Assembly: GCA_902597055.1 (NCBI GenBank)
Contig: CACJWG010000005.1
Span: 538-64,537 of the forward strand
Length of the DNA stretch: 64,000 nucleotides
Source: an uncultured Pelagibacteraceae bacterium
Lineage (GTDB): Bacteria; Pseudomonadota; Alphaproteobacteria; Pelagibacterales; Pelagibacteraceae
Reading direction: 5' to 3'
In this document: positions 11,917-21,928 of the stretch, piece by piece
How the letters are laid out: each line of letters begins with the position of its first letter
Position numbering within the stretch: position 1 is the first letter of the stretch
Made by a program: the position numbers and the translations under genes
Notes under the pieces: model-generated
Seen by the model: only the letters and a program-made list of their open reading frames with translations
Database searches by the model: none
Told to the model about the DNA's origin: nothing

Positions 11917-12774
11917 ATGCCAGAATTACCAGAAGTAGAAATAGTAAGACAATCCCTTAATAGACAAGTAAAGAAACGAAAAATAATAAGTATTCAAGTT
12001 AATAACCGAAACCTGAGACTTAAAGTACCAAAGGATTTTGAACAAATATTCAAAAATGCAGTCATAAAAAAGATTCAAAGAAAATCAAAATATCTGATTT
12101 TGGTATTTAATAATCATCTTTATTGCGTGATCCATTTAGGCATGTCAGGTACCCTTCATTTCATAGGGTTAAAAAAAAAGACTACAAATTTAAGTTTTTA
12201 CGGGTCCCAAAGTTTACCAAAAAAACATAATCATATAATTTTTAGATTTAAAAATTTTAAACTAATTTACAATGACCCTAGAAGATTTGGATTTTTTAAG
12301 ATTTTGAAAAATAAGAAAGATTATTTGAAATTTTTTACTCGAATTGGACCTGAGGCAATAAGTAAAGATTTTAACAAAAAATATCTTGATAAAATTCTAA
12401 AAAATAGGACAAAAAATATTAAGAACTTATTGTTAGATCAAAAATTGGTTTCTGGTTTAGGCAATATTTACGTAAATGAAATATTATTTCAGGCAAAGAT
12501 AAATCCGTTTAGAAAATCTTTCCTGATTAATTTAGACGAAAACAAAAGAATAGTTAAATATTCGAAAATAATCCTAAAAAAAGCTATACATTTTGGAGGT
12601 TCTTCAATAAGGAATTTTAAAGGTATCACAGGCAAAAGCGGTAATTTCCAGTCTGAGTTTAAAGTATATGATCGTGCAAAAAAGAGATGTAGTCGGAATA
12701 ATTGTTTTGGACAAATTAGTAGAAAAATAATTTCAAACAGATCCACTTTTATATGCTCTGTTTGTCAAAAGTAA
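11917..12774 (+). CDS. mutM: Formamidopyrimidine-DNA glycosylase
   Basis: N-terminal PELPEVE, HLGMSG, GLGNIY, C-terminal zinc finger. Confidence 0.97.
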   Translation: MPELPEVEIVRQSLNRQVKKRKIISIQVNNRNLRLKVPKDFEQIFKNAVIKKIQRKSKYLILVFNNHLYCVIHLGMSGTLHFIGLKKKTTNLSFYGSQSLPKKHNHIIFRFKNFKLIYNDPRRFGFFKILKNKKDYLKFFTRIGPEAISKDFNKKYLDKILKNRTKNIKNLLLDQKLVSGLGNIYVNEILFQAKINPFRKSFLINLDENKRIVKYSKIILKKAIHFGGSSIRNFKGITGKSGNFQSEFKVYDRAKKRCSRNNCFGQISRKIISNRSTFICSVCQK

Positions 12775-12783
12775 AAATACCTA

Positions 12784-12812
12784 TTGACCGCCCAACTTAG
12801 AGAGGATATACC
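12784..12812 (+). promoter_or_regulatory. Sigma70-type promoter of rpsT (near-leaderless)
   Basis: TTGACC-17 bp-TATACC ending 9 nt before ATG 12822. Confidence 0.6.
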
Positions 12813-12821
12813 ATCGCCAAA

Positions 12822-13082
12822 ATGGCAAATACAAAATCAGCAATCAAAAGAATTCGAAGAATAAAGAGGCAAACAGAGGTTAATAAGACCCGTAAAAGCC
12901 GTTATAAAATCGCCTTAAAAAAAATGAAAAAATTGATTGATAGCAAGAAAAAGAAAGAAGCTCTTTCCTACTTACCCAAATTGAACTCGGAATTAATGAA
13001 AATTGCTAAGACTGGTGTGATCAAAAAAGGAAACGCAACTCGAAACGTTTCTAAGATTACGAGAAAAATAAACTCCCTTTAA
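12822..13082 (+). CDS. rpsT: 30S ribosomal protein S20
   Basis: MANTKSAIKR N-terminus; upstream of dnaA. Confidence 0.95.
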   Translation: MANTKSAIKRIRRIKRQTEVNKTRKSRYKIALKKMKKLIDSKKKKEALSYLPKLNSELMKIAKTGVIKKGNATRNVSKITRKINSL

Positions 13083-13129
13083 ACAACCTGCGGTTAAAAT
13101 TATTTTAACGCACACAGAAAAAAGTCTTG

Positions 13130-13176
13130 CCACAAAATATAATTAAGTTTTAAAGCCTGAACACAACATATTGGAA
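13130..13176. promoter_or_regulatory. Tandem NrdR-box-like sites upstream of dnaA
   Basis: ccaCAAaATATAatta (13130) and acaCAAcATATTGgaa (13161), 31 bp apart, versus consensus acaCwAtATaTwGtgt. Confidence 0.5.
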
Positions 13177-13372
13177 TTTTTTAAAACAAAGAAAGTAAAT
13201 TTTTATTTACTTTAGTATTTTAAATTGAATTCAATTTTTAAGCTAATCACTTTTCAATTTTAAATTTATACAATTTCAAATTTCATTCAATTAAGGATTT
13301 CAAATTTCTTTTGCTCAAAGAAATATTTTATTGAATAAAACTTTTTAAGAGATTAGCTAGATGTAAGTCCAT

Positions 13373-14776
13373 ATGAAAAATCTTAATAAAAATTTAAATC
13401 AAAAAAAAGATACGAACCTAATTTGGACAGAAATTCAAAAAGAAATGAAATCAAAATTTGGTTCAGAAATTTATGAGAGCTGGCTTAAAAAAATATATTT
13501 TGAAGAACAACAAAGCAATTACCTAGTTGTTTCAGTTGCAACAAGATTTCTTAGAGATTGGATTGTATCTAGATATTTAGATGAAATTTTAAAAATTGTT
13601 AAAAAACAAATTAAAGAAATTTCTAGAATAGAATTTAGAATTGAAGACAAAGAGCATGAAAAAGATAAAACAGTAAATAATATCATCAAAAAAGATGACA
13701 ATATCTCGTTCTTAAAAGACAGCTTTCTTCAGTATAACAGGATTGATCAAAATAAATCATTTGATAACTTCATCATTGGAGCGAGTAACAAGCTAGCTTT
13801 TGAAGCATCAAAAAAAGTCTCAGAAAATATATCACATTATAATCCTTTATATTTGTATGGCGGTGTAGGAATGGGAAAAACTCATTTATTAAATGCTATT
13901 GGTTTAAAACTTAAATCTGAAAATAAGGTCACATTTATCTCAGCAGAAAGATTTATGTACCAATTTGTTAAATCAATAAAAAGCAATGAAATGGTTAAAT
14001 TTAAAGATAATTTTAGAAATACTAATGTTTTAATTATAGACGATATTCAATTTATGGATGGAAAAGAGGCTATGCAGGAAGAGTTTTTTCATACGTTTAA
14101 TGCGTTACTTGAAAAAGGTTCACAAATAGTAGTTTCAGCAGACAGACCTCCAAATAAGCTAAAAAGGATACAAGAGAGAATTAAATCTAGGTTTTCAGGT
14201 GGTTTAGTTGTTGATATTCAAAATCCCGAATATGAGTTGAGATATAAAATTCTCAAAGAAAAAACCAACGAACTGAACATATATTATAATGAAAAGTTAA
14301 ATATATCAGAGGAAATACTAAAATTTATTAGTTATGAAATTAGAAGTAGCATCAGGGAACTGGTAGGTGCTTTAAACAGAATTGCTTCATTTGCTAGGAT
14401 ATATGACAGAGTTCCAAATATTTCTGAAACCAAAATAATACTTAAAGACCTTCTAAATATAAATGAAGCTAAAGTATCTATTGATAATATTCAAACACTA
14501 GTTTGCAAGTATTTTAAGATTAGTAAAAACGAAATGCTTTCTTCAAGAAGATCAAGATATTTAGTAAGACCTAGACAAGTAGCAATTTATTTATCAAAAA
14601 TTCTTACATCAAAATCCTTGCCAGAGATTGGTAGAGAATTTTCAAATAGAGATCACACAACAATAATTCACTCCGTCAAAACTATAGAGAAATTGAAGGT
14701 AGAAAATAGCGAAATAAATAATGGAATAAACTATCTCAAAAACCAGATAATGTATAAATCAGAAAATGAAGTTTAG
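13373..14776 (+). CDS. dnaA: Chromosomal replication initiator
   Basis: NPLYLYGGVGMGKTHL, IDDIQF, QEEFFHTFN, RDHTTIIH. Confidence 0.98.
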   Translation: MKNLNKNLNQKKDTNLIWTEIQKEMKSKFGSEIYESWLKKIYFEEQQSNYLVVSVATRFLRDWIVSRYLDEILKIVKKQIKEISRIEFRIEDKEHEKDKTVNNIIKKDDNISFLKDSFLQYNRIDQNKSFDNFIIGASNKLAFEASKKVSENISHYNPLYLYGGVGMGKTHLLNAIGLKLKSENKVTFISAERFMYQFVKSIKSNEMVKFKDNFRNTNVLIIDDIQFMDGKEAMQEEFFHTFNALLEKGSQIVVSADRPPNKLKRIQERIKSRFSGGLVVDIQNPEYELRYKILKEKTNELNIYYNEKLNISEEILKFISYEIRSSIRELVGALNRIASFARIYDRVPNISETKIILKDLLNINEAKVSIDNIQTLVCKYFKISKNEMLSSRRSRYLVRPRQVAIYLSKILTSKSLPEIGREFSNRDHTTIIHSVKTIEKLKVENSEINNGINYLKNQIMYKSENEV

Positions 14777-15878
14777 TGTAAACCAGAAAGATCTCCAAGA
14801 GTCATTAAGCTTTTGTCAAAATGTAATTGAAAGAAGAAGTACACTGCCAATTTTATCTAATGTTCTTTTAGAGGCAAGTGGAAAAGAACTAATTATAACC
14901 GCAACAGATCTAGATATGATTTTTGTCCATCGAATTCAAAGTGTTGAAATCGAAAAAGAAGGCAAAACTACCACAAACTCTCTCATAATGTACGATATAG
15001 TCAGAAAGTTCGGCTCAGGAAAAAAAATAAATGTAGAAAGTCTATCAGAAAATAAGATGCAGCTAGAGTCTGAAAAATCGAAATTTAAGTTAAATTGCAT
15101 TGATCCTCAGGAATTTCCATTAATGGAAGAAGGTTTTGAGGCTCAAGAAATTAGTTTAGACTCGCAAAGTTTTTTAAAGCTATTAAATAAATGTAAGTTT
15201 TCAATTTCAAATGATGAAACTCGACATTATTTAAGTGGTATTTTTTTACATTTTACGAGTGGAGATGATAAAAACTTTTTGACTGCTGTTTCAACAGACT
15301 CTCACAGAATGTCCATATCGAAAATGAGACTTGAGAAACCTATCAACTTTGAACCAATAATATTACCAAAAAAAACAATTTTTCAACTTTGCTCAATACT
15401 TGAAAATAACCAAGGAAAAATCAAAGTCTCAAATTCAAAAACAAAAATTAAAATTTCCATGGACAACAGTGTTCTTATTTCAAAAGTTATAGATGGAAAA
15501 TTCCCTAATTATGCTCAAGTTGTTCCAAAAAATAATAAGAAAAAGATGGAAGCAGACTTAGAATTATTTAAAAGCAGTGTGGATAGAGTTGCGTCTGTTT
15601 CTACAGACAAAAAAGATGGAGTAAAAATTAAATTATCAAAAGATAAACTTGATCTATCAGTCAATAATACTCATAGTGGCGATGGAAATGAAAGTGTTTC
15701 TGTGAAATTTGAACATGACTTAGATATTACCTTCAATTCTAAATATTTGATAGATGTTGCTAGTGAATTAGAAGGTGAAAAAATTGAAATTTTTTTTAAT
15801 GACACTGCATCCCCAGCATTAATAAAAGATCCAAGCGATTTTGACAGTATTTTTGTGATAATGCCGATGAAAGGTTAA
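14766..15878 (+). CDS. dnaN: DNA polymerase III beta clamp
   Basis: LPILSNVLL, TDSHR, FPNY, VIMPM; follows dnaA. Confidence 0.97.
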   Translation: MKFSVNQKDLQESLSFCQNVIERRSTLPILSNVLLEASGKELIITATDLDMIFVHRIQSVEIEKEGKTTTNSLIMYDIVRKFGSGKKINVESLSENKMQLESEKSKFKLNCIDPQEFPLMEEGFEAQEISLDSQSFLKLLNKCKFSISNDETRHYLSGIFLHFTSGDDKNFLTAVSTDSHRMSISKMRLEKPINFEPIILPKKTIFQLCSILENNQGKIKVSNSKTKIKISMDNSVLISKVIDGKFPNYAQVVPKNNKKKMEADLELFKSSVDRVASVSTDKKDGVKIKLSKDKLDLSVNNTHSGDGNESVSVKFEHDLDITFNSKYLIDVASELEGEKIEIFFNDTASPALIKDPSDFDSIFVIMPMKG

Positions 15879-15880
15879 AT

Positions 15881-16582
15881 TTAATTTATTAAATCTAATT
15901 CTTTATAAATTAAATTTTCAACTTCTTTGGAGAACTGCTCTAAATCTTTACCGGGCTCAAAGGATTTTAATATAGAGACTGTTATATTTTGTTTACTTTT
16001 TAATAAAGAGGACTTTGGCCATGTTTTTCCTGAATTAATTGCAATTGGAAGGCAATTTATTTGAAAGTCATTGTAAATTCTTGCAAATCCCTTTTTAAAC
16101 TTTGACCTGTCTTTATAATTTTTCCTTGTACCTTGTGGAAAAATTATAAGTGTGTTTCTTTTGTCTTTTAAAACTTTTTCAACTAATCCTGTGAAACCTA
16201 AATTTTCCTTAGAGATTTTATCCCTATCAATAGATACGCATCCCATCTTTTTAAGATATGAACCAAACAAAGGAATTTTAATCAGTTCTTTTTTAAGAAT
16301 AAAAACAGATGATTCAAAAATTGTTTGTAAATAAAATGTTTCAAACATAGATTGATGAGAGCAAACAACAAAGTATTTTTTTTCTCTAGGGATGTTTTCT
16401 AAACCTTTAACTGTGATATTAACACCTAAAAAAAGTTTAAGACAAATGCCAGTCCAAACACCCATCAAACGACCTCCAAACTGAACCCCTTTTTTTGGAA
16501 ATAAAAGTGTCGGAATAAATAAAATTGAAATTGAGATAATCCCTAGATAAAAAAAAAGAAAAAATATTATATTTCTTATCAT
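15881..16582 (-). CDS. plsC: 1-acyl-sn-glycerol-3-phosphate acyltransferase-like
   Basis: SHQSMFE (HxxxxD-like), IFPQGTR, N-terminal membrane segment. Confidence 0.8.
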   Translation of the reverse strand: MIRNIIFFLFFYLGIISISILFIPTLLFPKKGVQFGGRLMGVWTGICLKLFLGVNITVKGLENIPREKKYFVVCSHQSMFETFYLQTIFESSVFILKKELIKIPLFGSYLKKMGCVSIDRDKISKENLGFTGLVEKVLKDKRNTLIIFPQGTRKNYKDRSKFKKGFARIYNDFQINCLPIAINSGKTWPKSSLLKSKQNITVSILKSFEPGKDLEQFSKEVENLIYKELDLIN

Positions 16583-17797
16583 TTAAATAAGATCTTTAAT
16601 GGACTGCCTTTTACTAATGATTTGAGTTTTTGATTTATCAACTAAAACTTCTTTTGGCATTGGTCGTACATTGTAATTTGATGACAATACATAACCATAT
16701 GCTCCTACATCTTTTAGAATAACAATCTCCCCCTCATTTAATTTTTGAAATTTTTTCATTTTCAAAAATCTATCTGAAGTTTCACAAATTGGACCAACAA
16801 AATCATATTCTTTTTTACTTTTTTTACTCGATTTAATTGCAGGGATAATCATGTGTTTTGCATTGTATAAAGCTGGCCTAATTAGATCGTTCATGCCAGC
16901 GTCTAAAATAATAAAATCTTTGGTTGGACTTTCTTTTATATAGATAACCTTAGAAATAAGTACAGCAGTATCTCCTATTATAGATCTTCCTGGTTCAAGA
17001 ATAATTTTACATTCATTCCTTTTTGAAAATTTATGAATTTCCAAACCAAGCTTTTTAAAATCAAAGGTTTTTTTGTTTGAACTATAGTCAATACCCATCC
17101 CACCACCAAAATCTACGTATTCAAAATTTAATGAAACTTTTTCTAGAAAATTATTTACAACACGTATCATTTTTTGATATGGCACATTACTTAAAATTTG
17201 GCTACCAATGTGAACACTTAGACATTTAAATCTAATTGAATTTGAATTTTTATATTTATCGATAATTTTGATTGCATCTTTAAAAGTTAATCCAAATTTA
17301 TCTTGCATTCTGCCAGTTGAAATTTTTCCTATAGTTTGGGCGTTAACATTTGGGTTTAATCTTATCCCTACATTGACTACAGTTTTTTTATTTTTAGATA
17401 AATTGATAATATTTTTTAGTTCACTTTCAGACTCAACGTTTATCAATAAAATTTTCTTTTTAATCGCAAAATCTAGTTCACTTGTAGTTTTTCCAACTCC
17501 TGAAAACACAATTTTATTTGGTTTGAAACCTACTTTTAAAACTTTTTGAAGCTCACCTATTGAGACAACGTCAGCGCCCAATCTGTTGTCTTTTATTATC
17601 TCTAATAATTTTGAATTCGAATTAGATTTTACAGAAAAGCATATTAATGGTTTTGTTTTTTCAAAGTTTTTACTAAAGTTTTTTATATTTTGATTTAGTC
17701 TTGATTTTGAATAACAATAAAAAGGAGTTTGAAATGATCGAGTTAATTTCGGTATAGAAATATTCTCAACATAAAATTTACTATTTTTATAATTCAT
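16583..17797 (-). CDS. lysA: Diaminopimelate decarboxylase
   Basis: FSVKSN PLP lysine, HIGSQ, EPGR, GPICET. Confidence 0.95.
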   Translation of the reverse strand: MNYKNSKFYVENISIPKLTRSFQTPFYCYSKSRLNQNIKNFSKNFEKTKPLICFSVKSNSNSKLLEIIKDNRLGADVVSIGELQKVLKVGFKPNKIVFSGVGKTTSELDFAIKKKILLINVESESELKNIINLSKNKKTVVNVGIRLNPNVNAQTIGKISTGRMQDKFGLTFKDAIKIIDKYKNSNSIRFKCLSVHIGSQILSNVPYQKMIRVVNNFLEKVSLNFEYVDFGGGMGIDYSSNKKTFDFKKLGLEIHKFSKRNECKIILEPGRSIIGDTAVLISKVIYIKESPTKDFIILDAGMNDLIRPALYNAKHMIIPAIKSSKKSKKEYDFVGPICETSDRFLKMKKFQKLNEGEIVILKDVGAYGYVLSSNYNVRPMPKEVLVDKSKTQIISKRQSIKDLI

Positions 17798-17913
17798 TAC
17801 GATGTTTGAATTAAACTATTTGCTCCAATTGAACCTTTGTATTCAGGATCCGCTTTTTTTCCGCAGGAAATTAATAAAAAACTTAAAACAATAATAATAA
17901 AAATATTTTTCAT
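17797..17913 (-). CDS. Small lipoprotein (LptM/YifL/LppL-like), 38 aa
   Basis: Hand translation MKNIFIIIVLSFLLISCGKKADPEYKGSIGANSLIQTS; lipobox LISC followed by GKK. Overlaps both the argH stop and the lysA start. Confidence 0.8.
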   Translation of the reverse strand: MKNIFIIIVLSFLLISCGKKADPEYKGSIGANSLIQTS

Positions 17914-19304
17914 TTTATCTCCTTTTTATGTTTTCTTATCATTTTCTTTATGTTTTCAAAAGAAGTTCCACCATATGATTTTTTTGAATTTACAGAGTTT
18001 CTTAAATCTAGATTTTTCATCACATCAGGACTTATTTTTGGAACAATCTTCTTTAAATCTTCATGTCCAATTTCATTTAAAGCCAAATTTTTCTTTTCAG
18101 CAAAATTCACAACTTTTGCTGTTAACAAATATGCTTCCCTAAAAGAAAAATTCATGTTTTTAACTAATGCATCAGCAAAATCAGTCGCTGTTGTAAATCC
18201 TTTTTTTGCAGCATCCAACATCACTTTCTTGTTAACAATTACTCCATTTATTACCTCATCAAAAATTATTAAACAATTTTTTAAGTTATCAAAAGATCTG
18301 AAAACTAGTTCCTTATCATCTTGTAAGTCTTTAAAATAAGATATTGGTAAACCTTTAACAATTGTTAACATCGAAAAAAGATTTCCAAATATTGATCCAG
18401 TTTTTCCCCTTAAAAATTCCAAAGTATCAGGATTCTTTTTTTGTGGCATTATCGATGAGCCTGTTACAATATTATCTTTTAAGCTAATGAATTTAAATTG
18501 ATCTGAATTCCAAATTATTAATTCTTCTGCAATTCTTGATATATGCATTGAGCATAAAGATGCACTGTATAAAAAATCTAAAACAAAATCTCTATCAGAT
18601 ACTGTATCTAAAGAGTTATTTGTAGGTTCCTCAAACTTCAGTTTTTTAGTGGTATACCATCTATCAATATTAAAAGATGTTCCAGAAAAAGCACCAGCCC
18701 CCAAAGGATTTTGATTCAAACTTTTCATGTTAGAAGAAAATCTAAATCTATCTCTTTTGAACATTTCAACATTTGATAGAAAATAATGTGCTAAAGAAAT
18801 TGGTTGTGCATTTTTTAGATGAGTAAAACCTGGCATGATAGAAAATATATTTTTCTCTGAAATTTTGATCAAAGATTTTATTAGCTTTAATAATAAATTA
18901 TCAATTTCTAATGTGGATTTTTTTAACCATAATTTTAAATCTGTAACTACTTGATCGTTTCTAGACCTTGCTGAATGTAAATAACCAGCATCATTACCAA
19001 TAAGTTCAAAAAGTCTATTCTCAATATTCATATGAATGTCTTCTAAACCTTCATCAAATTTAAAGTTTTTTTTCTCAATTTCATTTTGGATTCTTTTCAA
19101 TCCCCACAAAATTTTATCCTTAATCTTAATAGTTATAATCTTTTGCTTGTATAACATTTCAGCATGTGAAACAGATGCTAATATGTCTTCTTTATACAAT
19201 CTTTTATCTACCTCAATAGAAGATCCAACTTTTTTAAAAATGTTTGAAGTCTTTTTTTTAATTCTAGTGTTCCAAACTGTATTATTGTTTTTATTTTGAC
19301 TCAT
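17910..19304 (-). CDS. argH: Argininosuccinate lyase
   Basis: HSARSRNDQ, PGFTHL, GSSIMPQKKNPD. Confidence 0.97.
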   Translation of the reverse strand: MSQNKNNNTVWNTRIKKKTSNIFKKVGSSIEVDKRLYKEDILASVSHAEMLYKQKIITIKIKDKILWGLKRIQNEIEKKNFKFDEGLEDIHMNIENRLFELIGNDAGYLHSARSRNDQVVTDLKLWLKKSTLEIDNLLLKLIKSLIKISEKNIFSIMPGFTHLKNAQPISLAHYFLSNVEMFKRDRFRFSSNMKSLNQNPLGAGAFSGTSFNIDRWYTTKKLKFEEPTNNSLDTVSDRDFVLDFLYSASLCSMHISRIAEELIIWNSDQFKFISLKDNIVTGSSIMPQKKNPDTLEFLRGKTGSIFGNLFSMLTIVKGLPISYFKDLQDDKELVFRSFDNLKNCLIIFDEVINGVIVNKKVMLDAAKKGFTTATDFADALVKNMNFSFREAYLLTAKVVNFAEKKNLALNEIGHEDLKKIVPKISPDVMKNLDLRNSVNSKKSYGGTSFENIKKMIRKHKKEIK

Positions 19305-19327
19305 GATATGTAACTATACTACTTTAT

Positions 19328-19858
19328 ATGAAATTATTAACTTTAAAGTTCTTAATCCTATTAACTGTATTTTTTATCCCAAATATAGTTAATTCAAAAG
19401 AATTAAATGGTTTAAAAAATTTAGTTATTTATGAGGATCAAAAAAAAATTAGCGAAATATCATTTAAAAATGAAAAAGATAAGAATGTTTCATTGTCTGA
19501 ATATGAAAACAAATTACTAATTTTGAATTTTTGGGCCACATGGTGCGAACCATGCAAAGAGGAAATGCCATCTCTGCAAAATCTTCAGAACAATTCAAAA
19601 TTTAAAAATCTTAAAATTTTACCAATTAACATTGGTCAAGAGGACAAAAATTCGATCAGAAAGTTTTTTTTAGATGTAAATATTGATGCTTTTGAAATAT
19701 TTTATGATTCTGATGTAAAACTTGCCAAGAAATTTTCTTTAAGAGGTATTCCAACGTCAATTTTGATCAATAAAGATGGTTATGAGTTTGCAAAAGTTAT
19801 AGGTTCGATAGATTTTGAAGATCCTAAATTCGTAAACTGGCTTTTAAATTATGATTAA
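19328..19858 (+). CDS. tlpA: TlpA-family thiol:disulfide oxidoreductase
   Basis: LNFWATWCEPC, GIPTS, N-terminal anchor; divergent from argH. Confidence 0.85.
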   Translation: MKLLTLKFLILLTVFFIPNIVNSKELNGLKNLVIYEDQKKISEISFKNEKDKNVSLSEYENKLLILNFWATWCEPCKEEMPSLQNLQNNSKFKNLKILPINIGQEDKNSIRKFFLDVNIDAFEIFYDSDVKLAKKFSLRGIPTSILINKDGYEFAKVIGSIDFEDPKFVNWLLNYD

Positions 19859-20058
19859 TCTTTAAAAAAATACGCTAAACAAACGAGGACTATTATGGCT
19901 ACAAACTGCAACAGGACCCTAAGCTGCATAAGTTTATTAGAGTATTTCTTGCTAGTGTCCCCACCTTTAAAAAGAGTGCCAATACCCAATATTAATACAA
20001 CTGCCACAGAGACTAAAAGTATTACTGCACTTACTTTGACAAATATTTCTGAAATCAT
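19855..20058 (-). CDS. HIG1-family twin-transmembrane small protein
   Basis: SNKLMQLRVLLQ motif between two hydrophobic helices. Confidence 0.85.
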   Translation of the reverse strand: MISEIFVKVSAVILLVSVAVVLILGIGTLFKGGDTSKKYSNKLMQLRVLLQFVAIIVLVCLAYFFKD

Positions 20059-20109
20059 TAATTATATGTATTACATATTTAAAGAAAAAAAATTAAAATT
20101 TTTTATTAA

Positions 20110-20769
20110 ATGACATTTTGTCTAGATGCTAAAATAATTAAGCCAGTTGGCGAAAATATCAATAATGTGGTAATTCTATTACATGGTTATGGTGGGGATG
20201 GCAATGATATAGCTGCACTCACAATTAACTGGAAGAGATTTCTACCAAACACTATTTTTATTTGTCCAAATGGACCTGAAAAATGTTCTATTAACCCTAT
20301 GGGTTATGAATGGTTTGATTTAAACACCGAAGATGAAAAATATATTACCGGAAAAGCTTTAGAAAGCGAGAAAATATTAAAAAAATTCATAGAAGAAATT
20401 AAGACTAAATATAATTTGCACAATTCAAACATTTGTTTATCGGGTTTTAGCCAAGGATGTATGATGTCAATTAACGTTGGATTATCTGAGAAAGAAAAAT
20501 TTGCAGGGATTATAGGATTTTCAGGAAAAGTAATTAACAGAAATGAATTGGGTAACAGAATTTTATCGAAACCTTCTACATTATTAATTCACGGAGATCA
20601 AGATGAAATTGTGCCACCTGTGAATTTATTAGAGGCAAAAGATTTTTTTGAGAGAAATAAAATTGATATCACAACGAAAATGTTAAAGGGATGTGGTCAC
20701 AACATACCTGTTGAAGCGTCTAGTTTGGGCCTGACTTTTTTAAAAAAGATATTTAATATAAATTCTTAA
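20110..20769 (+). CDS. Phospholipase/carboxylesterase (alpha/beta hydrolase)
   Basis: LHGYG, GFSQG, HGDQDEIVP, GH. Confidence 0.9.
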   Translation: MTFCLDAKIIKPVGENINNVVILLHGYGGDGNDIAALTINWKRFLPNTIFICPNGPEKCSINPMGYEWFDLNTEDEKYITGKALESEKILKKFIEEIKTKYNLHNSNICLSGFSQGCMMSINVGLSEKEKFAGIIGFSGKVINRNELGNRILSKPSTLLIHGDQDEIVPPVNLLEAKDFFERNKIDITTKMLKGCGHNIPVEASSLGLTFLKKIFNINS

Positions 20770-20826
20770 TTTAATTAATTGACCCATTGAATTAAAATAT
20801 TTTTTAGGTTAACTTATGAAAAATTT

Positions 20827-21393
20827 ATGATGTTAAATAGTGATAATATGTCTTTAGAAAAATGTCCTGCACTTGTTTTAAATGCAGACTATAGACCATT
20901 AAGTTATTACCCATTGTCATTGTGGAGCTGGCAAGATTCTATTAAATCAGTTTTTTTAAATAGGGTCTCTATTGTTAGCTATTACGATAGAGTAATTAGA
21001 AGCCCTTCGTTTAGTATGAAACTTCCAAGTGTGATTGCATTGAAAAGTTATATTAAACCAATGTCAAATCCAAATTTTACAAGATTTAATGTTTTTCTAA
21101 GAGATAAATTTTCTTGTCAGTATTGTGGAAGCAGCAAAGAATTAACTTTTGACCATTTATTACCTAGATCAAAAGGTGGAAAGACTAATTGGGATAACGT
21201 AGTTACTGCTTGTTCATCATGCAATGTAAAAAAAGGTGGAAGGTTACTTTCAAAATCAGGTATGACTTTGAACAAAATGCCTTATCAACCATCAACTGAA
21301 GATCTACACAGAAATGGAAAAAATTTTCCTCCGAATTTCCTTCATAAAAGTTGGATGGATTATCTATATTGGGATGTTGAATTAGAGCCTTAA
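20827..21393 (+). CDS. HNH endonuclease family protein
   Basis: LVLNADYRPL, RDKFSCQYC, TFDHLLPRSKGG, ACSSCN. Confidence 0.9.
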   Translation: MMLNSDNMSLEKCPALVLNADYRPLSYYPLSLWSWQDSIKSVFLNRVSIVSYYDRVIRSPSFSMKLPSVIALKSYIKPMSNPNFTRFNVFLRDKFSCQYCGSSKELTFDHLLPRSKGGKTNWDNVVTACSSCNVKKGGRLLSKSGMTLNKMPYQPSTEDLHRNGKNFPPNFLHKSWMDYLYWDVELEP

Positions 21394-21394
21394 A

Positions 21395-21928
21395 TTAGAT
21401 TTTTTCAGAAATATTGATCGCTATTCTTGATCCAGTTTTTATTACTTTGTCCATAACAGAGTATAAACCTTTTTTCGTTGCTCCTTCTTCGTATGCAATA
21501 TCTTTATGATCAATTTCATCCTGTCTGAATTTTTTAATTTTTTCTCTTAATTTCTTTTCATCATCTTTTATCTGGTTAATTTGGTTTAGGTAATGTTCAT
21601 CAATTACTTCCTCTACAGACGCAGTGCAAAGCATGGCAGCCTTTTTTCCTAATATTGTACTTCCGAACCCAAGACCCAATCCTAAAAGGTCCCATAAAGG
21701 TAAAAATTTAGTTGGACTTATATTCCTTTTTTTAATCTCATTTTCAAAAAATGAACAGTGTTCATCTTCGTGTTTTTTCATGTCTTCAATCTTTTTTTTT
21801 AAGGTCTCGTCTTTAATTATCGTATTCAAAGCTAACAGCTGACCTTCATAAATTTTGATCGCTCCTCTTTCCCCAGCGTGATCAACTCTGATGAATTCTT
21901 CTAGTTTTTGTTTATTAGTTTTTTGCAT
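21395..21928 (-). CDS. coq7: Demethoxyubiquinone hydroxylase (di-iron)
   Basis: RVDHAGERGA, EDEH, VEEVIDEHY, DEIDH. Confidence 0.92.
   Translation of the reverse strand: MQKTNKQKLEEFIRVDHAGERGAIKIYEGQLLALNTIIKDETLKKKIEDMKKHEDEHCSFFENEIKKRNISPTKFLPLWDLLGLGLGFGSTILGKKAAMLCTASVEEVIDEHYLNQINQIKDDEKKLREKIKKFRQDEIDHKDIAYEEGATKKGLYSVMDKVIKTGSRIAINISEKI

Noticed and set aside
17837-18142. 101-aa plus-strand ORF over the argH-lysA junction
   Set aside because: The minus-strand lipoprotein and argH explain the region better.
20827-21393. HNH nuclease as a mobile homing endonuclease or defence system
   Set aside because: It resembles the chromosomal stand-alone HNH common in Alphaproteobacteria. There is no intron, methylase or repeat nearby.
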